64,000 nucleotides of DNA from contig CAWAOD010000005.1 in assembly GCA_963783575.1 (NCBI GenBank), forward strand, positions 32,001-96,000. Reading direction: 5' to 3'. A program made the translations under genes and the position numbers. A model generated the notes under the pieces. That model was not told where the DNA came from. It did not search any database and saw only the letters and a program-made list of their open reading frames with translations. Each line of letters begins with the position of its first letter. Positions within the stretch are counted from its first letter, which is position 1. Positions 51,785 through 63,788 of this stretch are shown here, piece after piece. The DNA comes from an uncultured Spirochaetota bacterium (GTDB lineage: Bacteria > Spirochaetota > Brevinematia > Brevinematales > JAOACQ01).

Positions 51785-52518
51785 AAATACTTGTGTAGCA
51801 GTATGTCCAGTAAAAGCTATTGAAAACAAAATAGATACAGGTATCCCAATGATGTCAGAAGAAAGAAAGGATTATTGCTTAAAGTGCGGGCATTGTGAGT
51901 CATTTTGTAAGCAAAAGGCTCTTACATTTGATTTTTGGTCTGATTGAACCACAAAATCTTGCTTTATACATAAAAAAACACCGTTCTGTGCGGCATTTTT
52001 CTTCAAAACCTGTTAATAAAGAATTAATTACTCAGGTTATTGATGTAGCCAGGTATGCTCCTTCAGTAAACAACAGTCAACCAGTTAAATGGCTCATTAT
52101 TTATGATTCATCCGAGGTAAAACGTATTGCTGGTCTAACAGTCGAATGGATGCGAATTCAAAATACGTCTCATCCACTTGCTGGCTATGTATCACCAATA
52201 ATATTTATGTGGGATAATGGCGTAGATTTAATTAGTCATAATGCCCCTCATTTACTTTTTGCTCACATTCCATTTGAATCAGACTCAACTGACGCAATAA
52301 TTGCCATGACTCATTTTGACATTGCAGCGCCTTCATTTGGCTTAGGTACATGCTGGGTTGGATATGTTAAAATGGCAGCAGAAGTTTATAAACCAGTGCA
52401 AGATGCTTTGCCACTGCCTGCAGGACGCAAAGCTGCTTGTCCGATGTTATTCGGATATCCTTCATACGAAGTTGTATCTATTCCAAGACGTAATCGGGTT
52501 GATATTAAATGTATATAA
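51785..52518 (+). pseudogene. Ferredoxin-fused nitroreductase, 5'-truncated and frameshifted
   Basis: CVAVCPVKAI...CLKCGHCESFC in a different frame upstream of RSVRHF, APS..N.QP, GLGTCW. Confidence 0.75.
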
Positions 52519-52803
52519 GTTTAAGCTTTTGTATCTTATATTCCTAGAAAAATCACTCTAAGAAATTTAGTTAATAATTGACTATTTTATCCCTCTAAGT
52601 TAATAATTTTTTAATTATAACATAGGTTAAATATGGGTTAATCTCATAATTCGGTGTTTATGAATTTTAAGAATTTTATTATCATTAAATGAAAAAATCA
52701 TATACTTTATAGTATTATCAAAAATTGATGTTATATGGAAGTATGCAAGAATATTTCTTGTTTGCCGTACTATTTTTCCAAAATCTTGAGCTGACACAAT
52801 GTT

Positions 52804-53194
52804 CTACTTCTTAATTATTTCCACTCTGAGGGAATGACCGATCACAGCATAAATATTGCCCATATTTTTTGCCACACATGTAATAGCCCTGCCGAACTTA
52901 AACATATTGGACATATCTTTCTGTTCTTTTCTCCTGGAGTCCCCATGAACTGGTCCATCAAAAACCAGGACATGAAATTGGTTATTTACAAGGTGTCGGG
53001 CAAGCAGTGCCATGTGACTGGCACGGGAACTCCAGTAAAATATTCTTCCCAATGCCCATAGAATAACCTTTCAATATACGATTTTCAAACTTGATATCCA
53101 GGGTTTTTGCATCAGCAAAAATCTTTTTGTCAAAATCGGTCTCCCCCTGTCGATGAGGAGTGCAGAATTGTTCAACAAGAATATCATGATTCAT
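52804..53194 (-). pseudogene. Alpha/beta hydrolase remnant (frameshifted, truncated)
   Basis: FCTP, FDGPVHGDS and IGHSL spread across two frames. Confidence 0.65.
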
Positions 53195-54571
53195 TTTTCA
53201 CTGCTCCTTGGAATCCCCAAGGATCTGTTTTCTTTGTTAACAAAGAAATCAATGCAATTTTCTCTGCTAAACAATTGAATAATACTATTTTTGTGATTGT
53301 TTATATAATTATCAATGTCATACCAAGCATCCTTATTAAAGGCCGATGACAAATAAAACGCCGGCTTTATAAGGTCGCCGGATATTATATTTTCTGATCT
53401 GGCTATTGTTTCCAGTTCCGTATCCGGGTAGATACGTAAACCTATCATCATGAACACATTAGTAGGATCTGTTTCTTCGGCAATATCAAGGGTTGTCCTA
53501 ACTGTATCACGATCCTCTTTGGGGCCTCCTAAAAGCAAATAATACATAAACTGTTGCTTTCTTTTCCCGGCATAATTTAGCCGCATTTATGATATCCAAT
53601 ACTGAAAATGATTTTCTTAATGAAGTAATCATTTTATCACATGCAGTATCGATCCCAAATTCAACTTTGGTACAACCCGCGTTTATCATTTTGTCCAAAA
53701 GTGATTCAGTCATATAAGCCGGATTACATGTCGCGGACCATTTCACTTTTAAACCGGAACTGATTATTTTATCGCAAATTGATTCGGCAAAGTCAGGAGG
53801 ATAATTAAAAATGCTGTCTGCCATTTCAAACTCTATATCATTATATTTCTCAATTGTCATCTTCATTTCATTAACGATTGATTCCGGTTTTCGGTATCGA
53901 ATACTTCTCCCTTCAATCTGAGGGTAATTACAATAAATACAGTTAAAAGGGCAACCTCTTTTTGTTTGAACCCCTACTTTTAATCTGATTAATCCCATCG
54001 GTGTATTTTTAGAAAATGTAAAGTATCTATTGTCATATAAATCATAATCAGGTAAAGGAATTTCAGTCAAATCGGAAATCGGCCTCCATTTTTCGGAAGT
54101 GATAACCCCATTATGATATCCTACAACCCCTGGAATGTTATCTGTCCTGCTTTTTTCTTCAAGTGCTTTAATAAGTTTTGGCAAAGTTACTTCTCCTTCT
54201 CCCACTATTGCATAATCCGGTTCCAAATAACAAAAAGCCTTTTCTTTAAAACTTCCAACAGCAGCGCCGCCTATGACAACTATACAACCCGCTTTTTTAC
54301 AGATATCAATATATGGTTTTACACCATCAAGATAAAACTGCTGATTCACCATTATTACATTATCACTATTTCTTACACTGATAGCGACTATATCTGGTTT
54401 AGTTTCGTTTATTTTATTCTTTAAATCCTCGGCAGGAGAGTCACTGAAACAAAGGTCAAGAAACTTGACCGGCAAATTGTGCTTCCTTAAGGATGAAACA
54501 ATAATATTTGGACCCAAAGGTAAAACTATTGGTGCTTTCACTTGATTCGTAGATACAACTAATGTCATCAT
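53191..54571 (-). CDS. B12-binding radical SAM protein, frameshifted near 53560
   Basis: GEGE, KRGCPFNCIYC; C-terminus LLGGP.E and RIYPDT in a second frame. Confidence 0.85.
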
Positions 54572-54814
54572 ATAAAACTCCCTGTATAGAATATTTTTAA
54601 ATTCACTGTCTCTTATTTTAATTAGTTTATTTTGTTAAGAAATAAAAATATCATCAAATTCCATAAAACCTGTCAAACAATAAGGGGCATTTGCAATTCC
54701 AGTAATTTTCCAACATCAAAAATCAGCCTGGTATATTATTGCTAATATAGCCATTTCTTTTTGAAATTTATATCATGTTGATCTATACTATTGTGAAGCA
54801 AAAATGAGGATATC

Positions 54815-55165
54815 ATGAGCATAGGTATCATCAAAATTTTAAAGGCCCTTGCCGATGAAACAAGAATGAGGCTCCTCAATTTATTATATGATAAAAAACT
54901 TTGTGTCTGCGAACTTGAGGAAAGCCTTGGTCTGAACCAGACAAATGTCTCGCGTCATCTGAATAAATTAAAAGACGCTGGTATACTGCAGTCGGAAAAA
55001 AGGGCTCAATTTGTCCTGCATTTCATTGATCAAGATATCCTGAAGAATTATCCCTTTCTCGGGCAGTTATTGGATCAGGTACGGCAGATGGAAAAGTTCC
55101 AGTCCGACCGGAAAAAGCTCGATATCATTGCCGCCAAGAAAGGGCTTCATTGCGAATGTAAATAG
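54815..55165 (+). CDS. ArsR/SmtB family regulator
   Basis: KALADETR, LCVCEL, SRHL. Confidence 0.92.
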   Translation: MSIGIIKILKALADETRMRLLNLLYDKKLCVCELEESLGLNQTNVSRHLNKLKDAGILQSEKRAQFVLHFIDQDILKNYPFLGQLLDQVRQMEKFQSDRKKLDIIAAKKGLHCECK

Positions 55166-55173
55166 TTTTACCC

Positions 55174-55691
55174 TCATTCTTTTTTTTCATTTTCTTTCTC
55201 TTTTCCTTCTTCGGCCTTAATATTTATTTTACCCTTTTGTGCCAGTCTGGAGATAAAATAGATAGCGCTTTTCCTGGAAATTTTCAGATGCTTCGCTATA
55301 TCGTCAGGGTCAATGGAATTTTTTCCCTTCACATATTGCATTATTTCTTCATCTACTTCTTGAACCCATTCCTCAAAAAGTTCTCTTATCTCAGGTGTAG
55401 CAAACTCTGCAATATCCGAACTTTTTCTGATTGATCCCATCATGTTTGGCACATGTCCATCGGATTGAAGCTTTCCCCGGCGGATTTATTCCTTCCCATC
55501 ATCATCTCCATCATCCCCATCATTCCACCGCCTCCTGTCATTTTAGACATCATATCTTCCATGATCTTCTGCTTTTCCTCATTGGACATCCCGGAAAAGA
55601 AGTTTTCCATCATTTTATCCATCATCTCCTTCTTTTCATCGGAAGACATTCCATTCATCATTCCATCCATCATTTTTTCTTTTAATCCCAT
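55174..55691 (-). CDS. Met-rich protein with C-terminal HTH-like region; probably one gene split by a 1-nt frameshift at ~55446
   Basis: ORF 55691-55440 runs into ORF 55452-55174 (PMDMCQ|NMMGS) at an A run. Confidence 0.6.
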
Positions 55692-55715
55692 AAATATCTC
55701 CTTAATAGATTTATT

Positions 55716-56054
55716 TTAACACCAATTGTCCTTCCACCAGCGTGGACGTTTAAACATAGTCTCTTCTGCCTTCAGATCGGCATTGCCGAATATCTCAAGT
55801 ACTAATCCCAGGGCATCTAGAAGCCGTATATCCTTAAGTTTATAATAAATAAAAGGGCCCTGCCGTCTTGTTTCAAGTATACCGTTTTCCCTCATGGTAC
55901 GAAGATGATGAGAAACCAGAGGTTGAGATAATCCTGTTTCTTCAATTATCTGCGTTACAGAACACTCCTCAACTCCTATAAACTTGATTATCTTGAGCCG
56001 GTTGGCATCGCCCAGTGTCTGAAATAAAATTTGAAGTTTTTGAGCATCTTCCAT
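55716..56054 (-). CDS. ArsR/SmtB family regulator
   Basis: LGDANRLKI, LSQPLVSHHL. Confidence 0.9.
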   Translation of the reverse strand: MEDAQKLQILFQTLGDANRLKIIKFIGVEECSVTQIIEETGLSQPLVSHHLRTMRENGILETRRQGPFIYYKLKDIRLLDALGLVLEIFGNADLKAEETMFKRPRWWKDNWC

Positions 56055-56195
56055 ATAAACCTTCTTTTATATAAATACACATATATATAAATGATAATTT
56101 ATATAGTATCATTTAAATTCTGTTTTGTCAAGTACTTTGAAAAAAATTTAAATAATTATAATAAGATTGACAGGAATTAAAATATATATTACAAT

Positions 56196-57005
56196 ATGAG
56201 AATATGTGAATATAGTAGAAAATTCATGATAAACAAAACTATCGGGTTTATCGGCGGCGGCAGAATCACAAGGATCTTTTTAACCGCATTTCAAAAGAAG
56301 GGATTGAGTTTTAAAGATGTCTGCATAAGCGATTCAAGCTTAGAAGTGCTGGAAAGGCTGAAGAGGGAATTTCCCCAACTGAATAATTACTTAAATGATA
56401 ATTCCATACCGGCATCAAAAGATCTGGTATTTATTGCCCTGCATCCTCCCGTCATTCCGCAGGCTCTTCCGGAAATCACTAAAGCGATAAAACCGGATTC
56501 TATTATTATTTCATTGGCACCGAAACACACCATAAAGGTTTTAACAGGTATTCTAAATAGATTTAATAGAATTGTATGGGTTATTCCTAACGGACTAAGT
56601 TTTATTAATTCCGGATTTAATCCAATAGCTTATTCAAAGACTTTAAATAATAATGATAAAACTATTATCAACAATATATTATCTACCTTGGGTAATAGCC
56701 CTGAGGTCCCGGAAGAAAAACTGGAGTCATATGCGGTTCTTACAGCAATGGGCCCGACTTACTTCTGGTTCCAGTGGGAGGAATTGCGTAAAATAATGAA
56801 TTCTTCCGGAATAACAAATAGTGAATTTAATAGAGCCATTGAAGAAATGATAAACGGTGCAATGAAAACATATCTTTATTCCGGATTATCCTATGAAGAT
56901 TTAGTTGACTTGATTCCAGGAAAACCAATTAAAGAAGATGAGGAAACAATTAAAAGTATCTATCAAGCAAGGCTTAATGACATCTATCAAAAATTGAAAG
57001 CATAG
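56196..57005 (+). CDS. Pyrroline-5-carboxylate reductase-like NAD(P)-binding protein (start probably ~56226)
   Basis: IGFIGGGRIT, SLAPK, TAMGPTYF. Confidence 0.75.
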   Translation: MRICEYSRKFMINKTIGFIGGGRITRIFLTAFQKKGLSFKDVCISDSSLEVLERLKREFPQLNNYLNDNSIPASKDLVFIALHPPVIPQALPEITKAIKPDSIIISLAPKHTIKVLTGILNRFNRIVWVIPNGLSFINSGFNPIAYSKTLNNNDKTIINNILSTLGNSPEVPEEKLESYAVLTAMGPTYFWFQWEELRKIMNSSGITNSEFNRAIEEMINGAMKTYLYSGLSYEDLVDLIPGKPIKEDEETIKSIYQARLNDIYQKLKA

Positions 57006-57112
57006 AAAGAAGCCGTATACCCGGTTATGCCCTCAATCCGCTGTAATTAACAAAATGGAAGACAGCGAGCCATTGGGGAGTGATTTGGAGAAAATAATTT
57101 AGTGAGTTATTT

Positions 57113-57346
57113 ATGAAAGTTCAGATTTTAGGTTCCGGCTGTGCCAACTGTAAACGGCTGGAAGCAAGCACTATAGAGGCCATTGAGGAATTGGGCATCA
57201 AAGCGGATATAGAGAAAGTAACTGAAATGGAAAAAATCATTGAATTCGGTGTGATGTCAACACCGGCACTTGCCATTGACGGTAAAGTGAAAAGCTCAGG
57301 AAGGGTTCTGAATAAAGATCAAATAATACAGATATTAAAGGGATAA
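57113..57346 (+). CDS. Small redox-active disulfide (thioredoxin-like) protein
   Basis: GSGCANC, GVMSTPALAIDG. Confidence 0.92.
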   Translation: MKVQILGSGCANCKRLEASTIEAIEELGIKADIEKVTEMEKIIEFGVMSTPALAIDGKVKSSGRVLNKDQIIQILKG

Positions 57347-57349
57347 ACT

Positions 57350-59910
57350 ATGTGGAAATCGTTTGTTGACTGGCTAGTCTATCAGGTATTCGGCTTTTCA
57401 TCACTATCACAAATCGGGACCGCTCTAAATTTTTTTATTTATGACACCTTTAAGATATTTTTTCTGCTGGTCATAATTATTTTTGTGATTGCCATCATCC
57501 GCAGTTTCTTTCCGCCTTGTCTGTCGAAAAACTATAAAAAGAGAAAAAGCGATTTTCTATAACATTCGGATATCACATTTGATTTCTAGGATATCCGAAA
57601 ATTAATCTCATATACAATTTATTATAGCTTAAATTACATAATTACACTCCTGTACCATTTTATATCATTCTCATATACTCAATCCTTTGCATATTACAGC
57701 CTGAAAATATTTTCCCAAATTATGTGAAGTGGAATTCCAGAGCCAATCCATTTCTACTTTTTCTTTTCCACGATAATAGGTTTGAGAAAAATCTTTCTGC
57801 GTTTTAAGGTTGGCAAAATTGTGTTCCTTTCCAATTCTCTTGCTGTATATCTTTTGCCCTTCATCACTTCTCAATTTATTAAGATAACTGTCGATTTCCT
57901 TTCTGTTCTCTAACTCAAACAGATTGAAATTTACAGTCTTTTGGTTTCTGCTGGGATTTATGTTCGTATAACATTCCTTATTATTTTCACATTCCTTACA
58001 TTGTGATCGATTATAGAAAAAGTGGATTTTGCCTCTTTTATCATCAATGTATCCTTTGGTATTTAATCCACCACAGCACTTTAACCGATACTCTCTGTTA
58101 TCACCTTTTATGATTTCAAAATTCTTTCTCTTTTGTACCTCTTTCCCAAAATCTCTCTCTTTTATATCAATATAGCAATCCAATCCTTTTTCTTCCATTT
58201 CCAGAATGTCTGTCATATTTTGAAATCCCGAATCCAGCAGGTACTTACTTTCCTGCTTTACCCCCAATTCCTCTTTAAGCTTTTCCACTTCCTCAATCAT
58301 GGGTTTCGCACTGTATTTCTCATTCAATTTATCGTTTTCACAGCTTAGTATTATGTCATTGTTACTGATCATCATTCTTATATTATATCCCTGAATATAT
58401 CCGCTCTTGTCAGGCCCCAATGTAAGAGAGCTGTCGGGATCGGTTAAATTATAATGATCTTTGCCTGTAATGGTTTTGTCTCCTTCTTTTAATCTTTCTT
58501 CTTCAAGCATCTTTTGATAAACTTCCACCTGTTCCATCACTCTGTTGTAAAGCTTTTCCTGACGTTCTATACGCTTTTTTTCAGCCATATACTTTTCTTC
58601 TTCCAATTCACCACGATTTAGTTTCTCATCTGTCTCCAAACTCCTTTTAACTACTTTGGTTGCCATTTTGCGGTAAGTTCTCATCACTTTGTCGGCTCTT
58701 TCCCTGGTCATCGTCTTTGACTTTGATGCATTGGCTTTGATTTTCGTTCCGTCCCCCACAACTACATCCCAATCAATCTCTCCTATGTTATTTAATAAAA
58801 AAAGAATTGTCGCAAACAGATTTGTAATTTCGTCATCAAACTGGATTTTAAAATCGCAAAGCTTTGAATGATCTATGCTAAGACGGTTTGATACATACAT
58901 AAATCCTATGTGGGTTCTGAGAAGATTTTCTACCTTGCGGCTGGAATGGATTCCTTGCAAATAACCATAGAGAATCGCAGATATAACATCTTGAGGATGT
59001 TTCCCTTTCCGCCCTGTTTCATCATTGGAATAATATTTATCAAACCTTTGTATATCAATGTATTTCGCCACAAACTTTTTTAGAAGGACTTCACGGCTGT
59101 ATTCATCGAATTGTTCCTGCAAATTGATGGCTAACAATTCTCCCTGGTCTAGATTTCCTCTCTTATATCTCGCCATTGTCTTTCCCCTCTTTAATTTTGC
59201 AACTAACTATTATATCATATTTTCGGATTTTTCGACAGACAACGCCTGAAAGAACAAAGATATTCATCGGCTTTATAGAGGCCGGTATACCACTGGGAGT
59301 AACCTTTTCTTTTCTCGTTTCTTCACCGATGGTCAATGAGGTTGCTCTGATTATGCTATGGGGGCTTTTTGGATGGAAGGTTGCGGTTATTTATATTGCT
59401 AGCGGTATTGTCATAGCGATTGCCGGCGGATTGGCTATAGGCAGAATGAAGCTGGAGAAGGAAGTTGAGGATTATATTTATAAGCTTCAGACCGGAAATA
59501 AAATTATTGAAAAGCTGAACTGGAAAGATAGAATTCAATACTCTTCCGGTTATGTTCTGGAAATCATCAGCAAGATCTGGCCTTATGTGGTGATCGGCAT
59601 CGCCATCGGCGCAGTCATGCATGGCTACGCTCCTGATGGTCTGCTGTCAAAGATCGCCGGACCATCCAACTGGTTTGCCGTTCCGGTTGCGGTTTTAATC
59701 GGTGTACCGCTATACTCCAACGTTGCTGGAGTCATACCAATTATAAAAGTCTTGATGGACAAAGGAATGGCCATTGGAACCGCTTTATCCCTGCCAGATG
59801 CGATCATTCTCAGGAAAGTTTTGAAACCGCGTCTGCTTGTCATCTATTTCAGTGTGGTCGCTTTTGGAATTATGCTGACCGGGTATTTTTTTAACTGGAT
59901 TTTAAAATAA
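57350..59910 (+). pseudogene. ArsP/DUF318 permease interrupted by IS1182, with internal deletions
   Basis: Removing the IS restores IRSFFPPERTK; SSPMVNEV and GVPLYSN present; PFCSC motif absent. Confidence 0.85.
57517..59242 (-). mobile_element. IS1182-family element, copy 2 (transposase 57671-59176)
   Basis: IR TTGTCTGTCGAAAAA; 4-bp TSD CGCC; protein clearly homologous to copy 1. Confidence 0.93.
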
Positions 59911-60039
59911 TGAATTTTAATTTATTGGGTTTAACTTTCCCCACTGGCTTGCAATGGGGGATATTTATTTTACTAGATCTTCATCGTTTCTTAATAATTT
60001 TACAGTGTGATAATATAATTGTAAATTTGGAGGAAATTT

Positions 60040-60138
60040 CTATAGAGCCAATTAAAGTTCTTTTCGTTTGCACTTACAATTCTGCCAGAAGCCAGATGGC
60101 TGAGGCGTTTCTCAATCAAATGGGAGGAGGCCACTTTT
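60040..60138 (+). pseudogene. arsC: Arsenate reductase (LMW-PTP type) 5' fragment
   Basis: [20 protein letters not shown]-loop; truncated at the IS21 remnant. Confidence 0.75.
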
Positions 60139-60671
60139 TACCTGCTTTGTATTCCTTCCAATTTATTGTAATGATAACAGAATTGCGTGAATCCATATCC
60201 GTTAAAATACTTCTGATGATACTCTTCCCAGAGTAATTTCAATATAATCCTTGTTTTCATTAATTCCTTGCCATATTCCGGGAATAGGTTGTATAGGGTT
60301 TCTTGATGATCACTTTTCACAGCGTTGTTTTGTTCGAATGCTTTAATCAGTTCAGAATCGCTCATTTCACTTATCTCGGCCAATGTCAGCCCGCTTTGTT
60401 CATATTTACAGACGTACTCATGGATTGTGGGCCTTGAAAAATTGAGTGCTTTTGATATCTTTCGATGACTGATTCGGAATTCCTCATACATTCGGATAAC
60501 TTCGCAGATTTTCTTCATAGATTTCCTCTTATTTGGCATATTAACTCCTTCCCCATTGTTATAGAAAGAGCCAGTCAAAATAATGGAGTAATTGTTGAGG
60601 TTTTGATAATATTTGTAAGGCAGGTGGTAATCTTTAACCGAAATACCCAGCAGGTTCGTCCGAATTTTCCA
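60138..60671 (-). mobile_element. istA: IS21-family remnant (left end plus 5' istA from ATG 60539)
   Basis: MPNKRKSM....EVIR, SRPTIHEY, LLWEEY, GY..TQFC; end begins TGGAAAATTCGG. Confidence 0.8.
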
Positions 60672-60896
60672 GTATGACATGAAGTCATAAATTAATATAA
60701 TTTAAGACTTTGCATAATTATCAAATAATTTTATGACTTATTTAGATTATTTTTCTAATATAAATTAGCAATAAAATCATTTATTTTCTTTATAAAATAA
60801 TAAATATATGATAAATTAATGAAGTAAAAGAATTTGCAAAGTATTTTTTAGTTTATGACATTTTGATAAATATTAATTTTCTGTGGTACAGAATAT

Positions 60897-62159
60897 ATGG
60901 CGGAGGATTTCATGCGTCATGTAATAAAAATATTTTCCCTGTTATCAATAATTTTCTTTTCCAGTGTATTATATTCTGCTGGTGATACAAATAAATTGAC
61001 TTTAGCCGTGATGGATTTTAGAAATCTTAGTAAAAACAAGGGTTATGATTTTCTGGAAAAGACTATTTCCGAGTCTCTTATCACAAGTTTTGAAAGAAGT
61101 AAACACTTTAATATTGTTGAAAGGCAGCAGATATCAGCACTTATCGATGAAAAAAAGCTTATCCTTTCCGGTCTGGCTGAAGATGATGCGCAGGGAAAGC
61201 AAATCGGGGTTCTTTTAAAAGCCGACAATCTGGTTCTTGGAAGTTTTTCTACAATAGAAGGAAAAATTGAGATAAATGCCCGTCTTGTTAATATAGATAC
61301 AGGCGAAGTGTTGATGACCGAAAAGGTTGTTGAGGAAATGGGCGACAAACTATTTGCCAGAATTGATGAACTTGCCGAATCCATGATAATAAGACTATCC
61401 GATTCCAAATTCGGTTTTCTGAATCTTGATACAACCCCTCAGGGAGCCCAGGTTAAATTAGAAAATTCGATTATTGGGACCACACCAGTGTCTTCAAAAA
61501 AAATGCGTACGGGAAGTTATTCCGTAACAATTGTCAAAGACGGTTTTGAAATAAAAACTGTCGGTTTTGAGATCCAGGACAATAAAACAAAAGACATTGA
61601 TATTTCTTTAACTAAAAAGATCGGAGAATTGTTTCGAAATCATATTTCAATTTATTCGCATTTTATACAGTTTTTAAGCCCGGATTACCAGTTTGACTGG
61701 GGGGCTGTTTTTGAAACTTATTTGTCGGATTTTTCCATCGGATTAGATATGGGGGGGCATAATTTATATCACAATTATGAGGATAAAACCGCTCCCGGTA
61801 TTCCTTACAAAGATAATATGACCCTTGTATTTTTACGGCTCGCTGGTGTTTTGAAATACAATTTTTTTAAAGATTCTCAATATATTTCACCATATATCGG
61901 AGCTGGCGCCGGAGTTGATTATTTAAATGCGAATGAATACGGCCTGACAAATACTTCTTTCTATTACAAAGGAATAGCAGGTATTACACTTTTTCCTGCC
62001 GGAAGATGGTCGATTTATGTTGAACTTATTTATAATGATCTCGGATATATTGAAATGCATGAAAAGAAATTCAACCTTTTCGGAAATTATACATTTACAA
62101 AATTTAATTATCCGCTTAACAATCTTATGCTTGGTGCCGGTATTAGACTGGGATTTTAA
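60897..62159 (+). CDS. Exported CsgG/FlgO-like plus PEGA domain protein with a C-terminal beta-barrel
   Basis: LAVMDF.N, IVER, ARLVNIDTG, TTPQGAQV...GTTP, PYIGAGAG, terminal F. Confidence 0.8.
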   Translation: MAEDFMRHVIKIFSLLSIIFFSSVLYSAGDTNKLTLAVMDFRNLSKNKGYDFLEKTISESLITSFERSKHFNIVERQQISALIDEKKLILSGLAEDDAQGKQIGVLLKADNLVLGSFSTIEGKIEINARLVNIDTGEVLMTEKVVEEMGDKLFARIDELAESMIIRLSDSKFGFLNLDTTPQGAQVKLENSIIGTTPVSSKKMRTGSYSVTIVKDGFEIKTVGFEIQDNKTKDIDISLTKKIGELFRNHISIYSHFIQFLSPDYQFDWGAVFETYLSDFSIGLDMGGHNLYHNYEDKTAPGIPYKDNMTLVFLRLAGVLKYNFFKDSQYISPYIGAGAGVDYLNANEYGLTNTSFYYKGIAGITLFPAGRWSIYVELIYNDLGYIEMHEKKFNLFGNYTFTKFNYPLNNLMLGAGIRLGF

Positions 62160-62173
62160 TAAGGAAGTGAAAT

Positions 62174-62641
62174 ATGAAAAAAATAAGTTTAATATTTTGT
62201 TTTGTAATAACAATTTTCATGACAGTATTATCTGCATGCAATACGGCCAAAGATATAACGGAACCAAAAAATCCTATTTTTTCCGGAACGGCGTTAATAG
62301 ATGTTTATTCGCCGGTCGATAGTACCGATAAAGATTTTCCCGATTTTACCTGGACTTCTACAGGACTGCCGTATGAAGTTGCAGGATTGTTTTCAAAACC
62401 GATCCGGACTTCGGGCCTTCAGATTGATAATACATCAGACTGCTTCGCAATGTGGACAACCGGGCTATCCGGGTCCGCGGGCAAGGTGCCTTACAGTAAT
62501 TTCAGGAAGGTTGTGAACGGAGAATTGACGGAAACCCCTGTCGATGCCCTTACTAATGGAACATACTACTGGGCGGTCTGGGCATATACAGCTCAAATGA
62601 CTCTCACAAACTCAAGTTCATTAATAACCTTTACAAAGTGA
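62174..62641 (+). CDS. Putative lipoprotein
   Basis: Lipobox LSAC; YYWAVWAY beta-sandwich motif. Confidence 0.75.
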   Translation: MKKISLIFCFVITIFMTVLSACNTAKDITEPKNPIFSGTALIDVYSPVDSTDKDFPDFTWTSTGLPYEVAGLFSKPIRTSGLQIDNTSDCFAMWTTGLSGSAGKVPYSNFRKVVNGELTETPVDALTNGTYYWAVWAYTAQMTLTNSSSLITFTK

Positions 62642-62719
62642 AAGTTCTATTCTAATCTAACAATCCGGTTCGATAATTGGCAAAAAATCATACTTAAATT
62701 TAATAATTTAATTAAACTA

Positions 62720-62766
62720 TTGACAATGAAGCAGAACATATGTTATAATACATATGTTATAATACA
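62720..62766 (+). promoter_or_regulatory. sigma70 promoter with a 14-bp tandem duplication
   Basis: TTGACA(62720)-18 nt-TATAAT(62744); ACATATGTTATAAT twice at 62736-62763. Confidence 0.7.
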
Positions 62767-62847
62767 ATAGTTATATTATTTTTGTATTATATTAAAGTGA
62801 TTTTTTCAGGACTCCCTTTTTGAAAATTTACAAAGATAGGAGATTAT

Positions 62848-63687
62848 ATGAATCTGTCGGGAAAATCATGTCTTATTACCGGTGCAAATTCGGGTTTAGG
62901 ATTTGCGGCCGCAAAGAAATTTGCAAAACTTGGGGCAAAAGTGGTATTAGTCTGCCGTGATAGAGACAAGGGGCAAAATGCTTTGGAATCAATCCGAAAA
63001 GAGTATCCGGATTCGAAAGCAGAATTGATGATATGTAATTTAGCTTCTCTTGCCTCGATCAGAGATTTTATCACTCAATTTAAAGAGAAATATTCAAGTC
63101 TAGAAATTCTTTTTAATAATGCGGCTGTTATGAAATCAAAGAGAACATTTACATTGGATGGTCTGGAAACAATGTTCCAGGTTAATTACCTTTCAGCTTT
63201 TTTGATTACAAATTCGCTGATTGATTTATTAAAGATAAGCGGTTCTTCACGTATTATAAACATAGCCGTTCCGCCTGATAACATAAGACTCGACTTTGAA
63301 GATTTGCAGGTGGAAAAACAGTACAGTATGTTTGATGCCTTTTTTAGAAGCAAGTTGTGTCTTCTTTTGTATAGTCTCGAACTTTCAGAAAGATTATCAG
63401 ATTTAAAAATTAGCGTAAATTTAACCGATCCAGGGCCTGGAAAATTCAGGTCAAATCTTGTAAAAGAAGCCGGTGTATTTGGAAGGCTTATCGACATATT
63501 TGCAAAATCTGCCGATCAGGCTGCTGAGACAATCTTCTTTCTCGCCTCTTCGGATGAAGTTAAGGATATAACCGGAAAAGTTTTTCTTGGGAAAAAAGCC
63601 AGGAAACTTGCGCCTTACTGGAGAGATAAAACAGTAAGGGAACGGCTGTTTACATTAACAGAGTCGTTGTTAATGAAAGTTATATGA
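62848..63687 (+). CDS. SDR family oxidoreductase (retinol dehydrogenase-like)
   Basis: TGANSGLG, NNAA, FQVNYL; FFRSK in place of YxxxK. Confidence 0.9.
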   Translation: MNLSGKSCLITGANSGLGFAAAKKFAKLGAKVVLVCRDRDKGQNALESIRKEYPDSKAELMICNLASLASIRDFITQFKEKYSSLEILFNNAAVMKSKRTFTLDGLETMFQVNYLSAFLITNSLIDLLKISGSSRIINIAVPPDNIRLDFEDLQVEKQYSMFDAFFRSKLCLLLYSLELSERLSDLKISVNLTDPGPGKFRSNLVKEAGVFGRLIDIFAKSADQAAETIFFLASSDEVKDITGKVFLGKKARKLAPYWRDKTVRERLFTLTESLLMKVI

Positions 63688-63788
63688 AAAAAAGGAGAAA
63701 TTTATGAGAAAGTCGTTTTATTATATATCGATGGTTCAAAGGTGTAGGGGCTATTAGATGTTATTATTTACTATACAGGATGAAAATA

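Noticed and set aside
24913..55691. Programmed frameshifting or phase variation in PBP1A, the Z1 helicase, the B12 radical SAM and the Met-rich gene
   Set aside because: These are single-base indels, mostly in short homopolymers, across unrelated genes including a core PBP. Assembly error is more parsimonious; raw reads would decide.
295..63497. Numerous antisense or nested ORFs in the supplied track
   Set aside because: They are shadow frames of well-supported genes on the opposite strand or in another frame.
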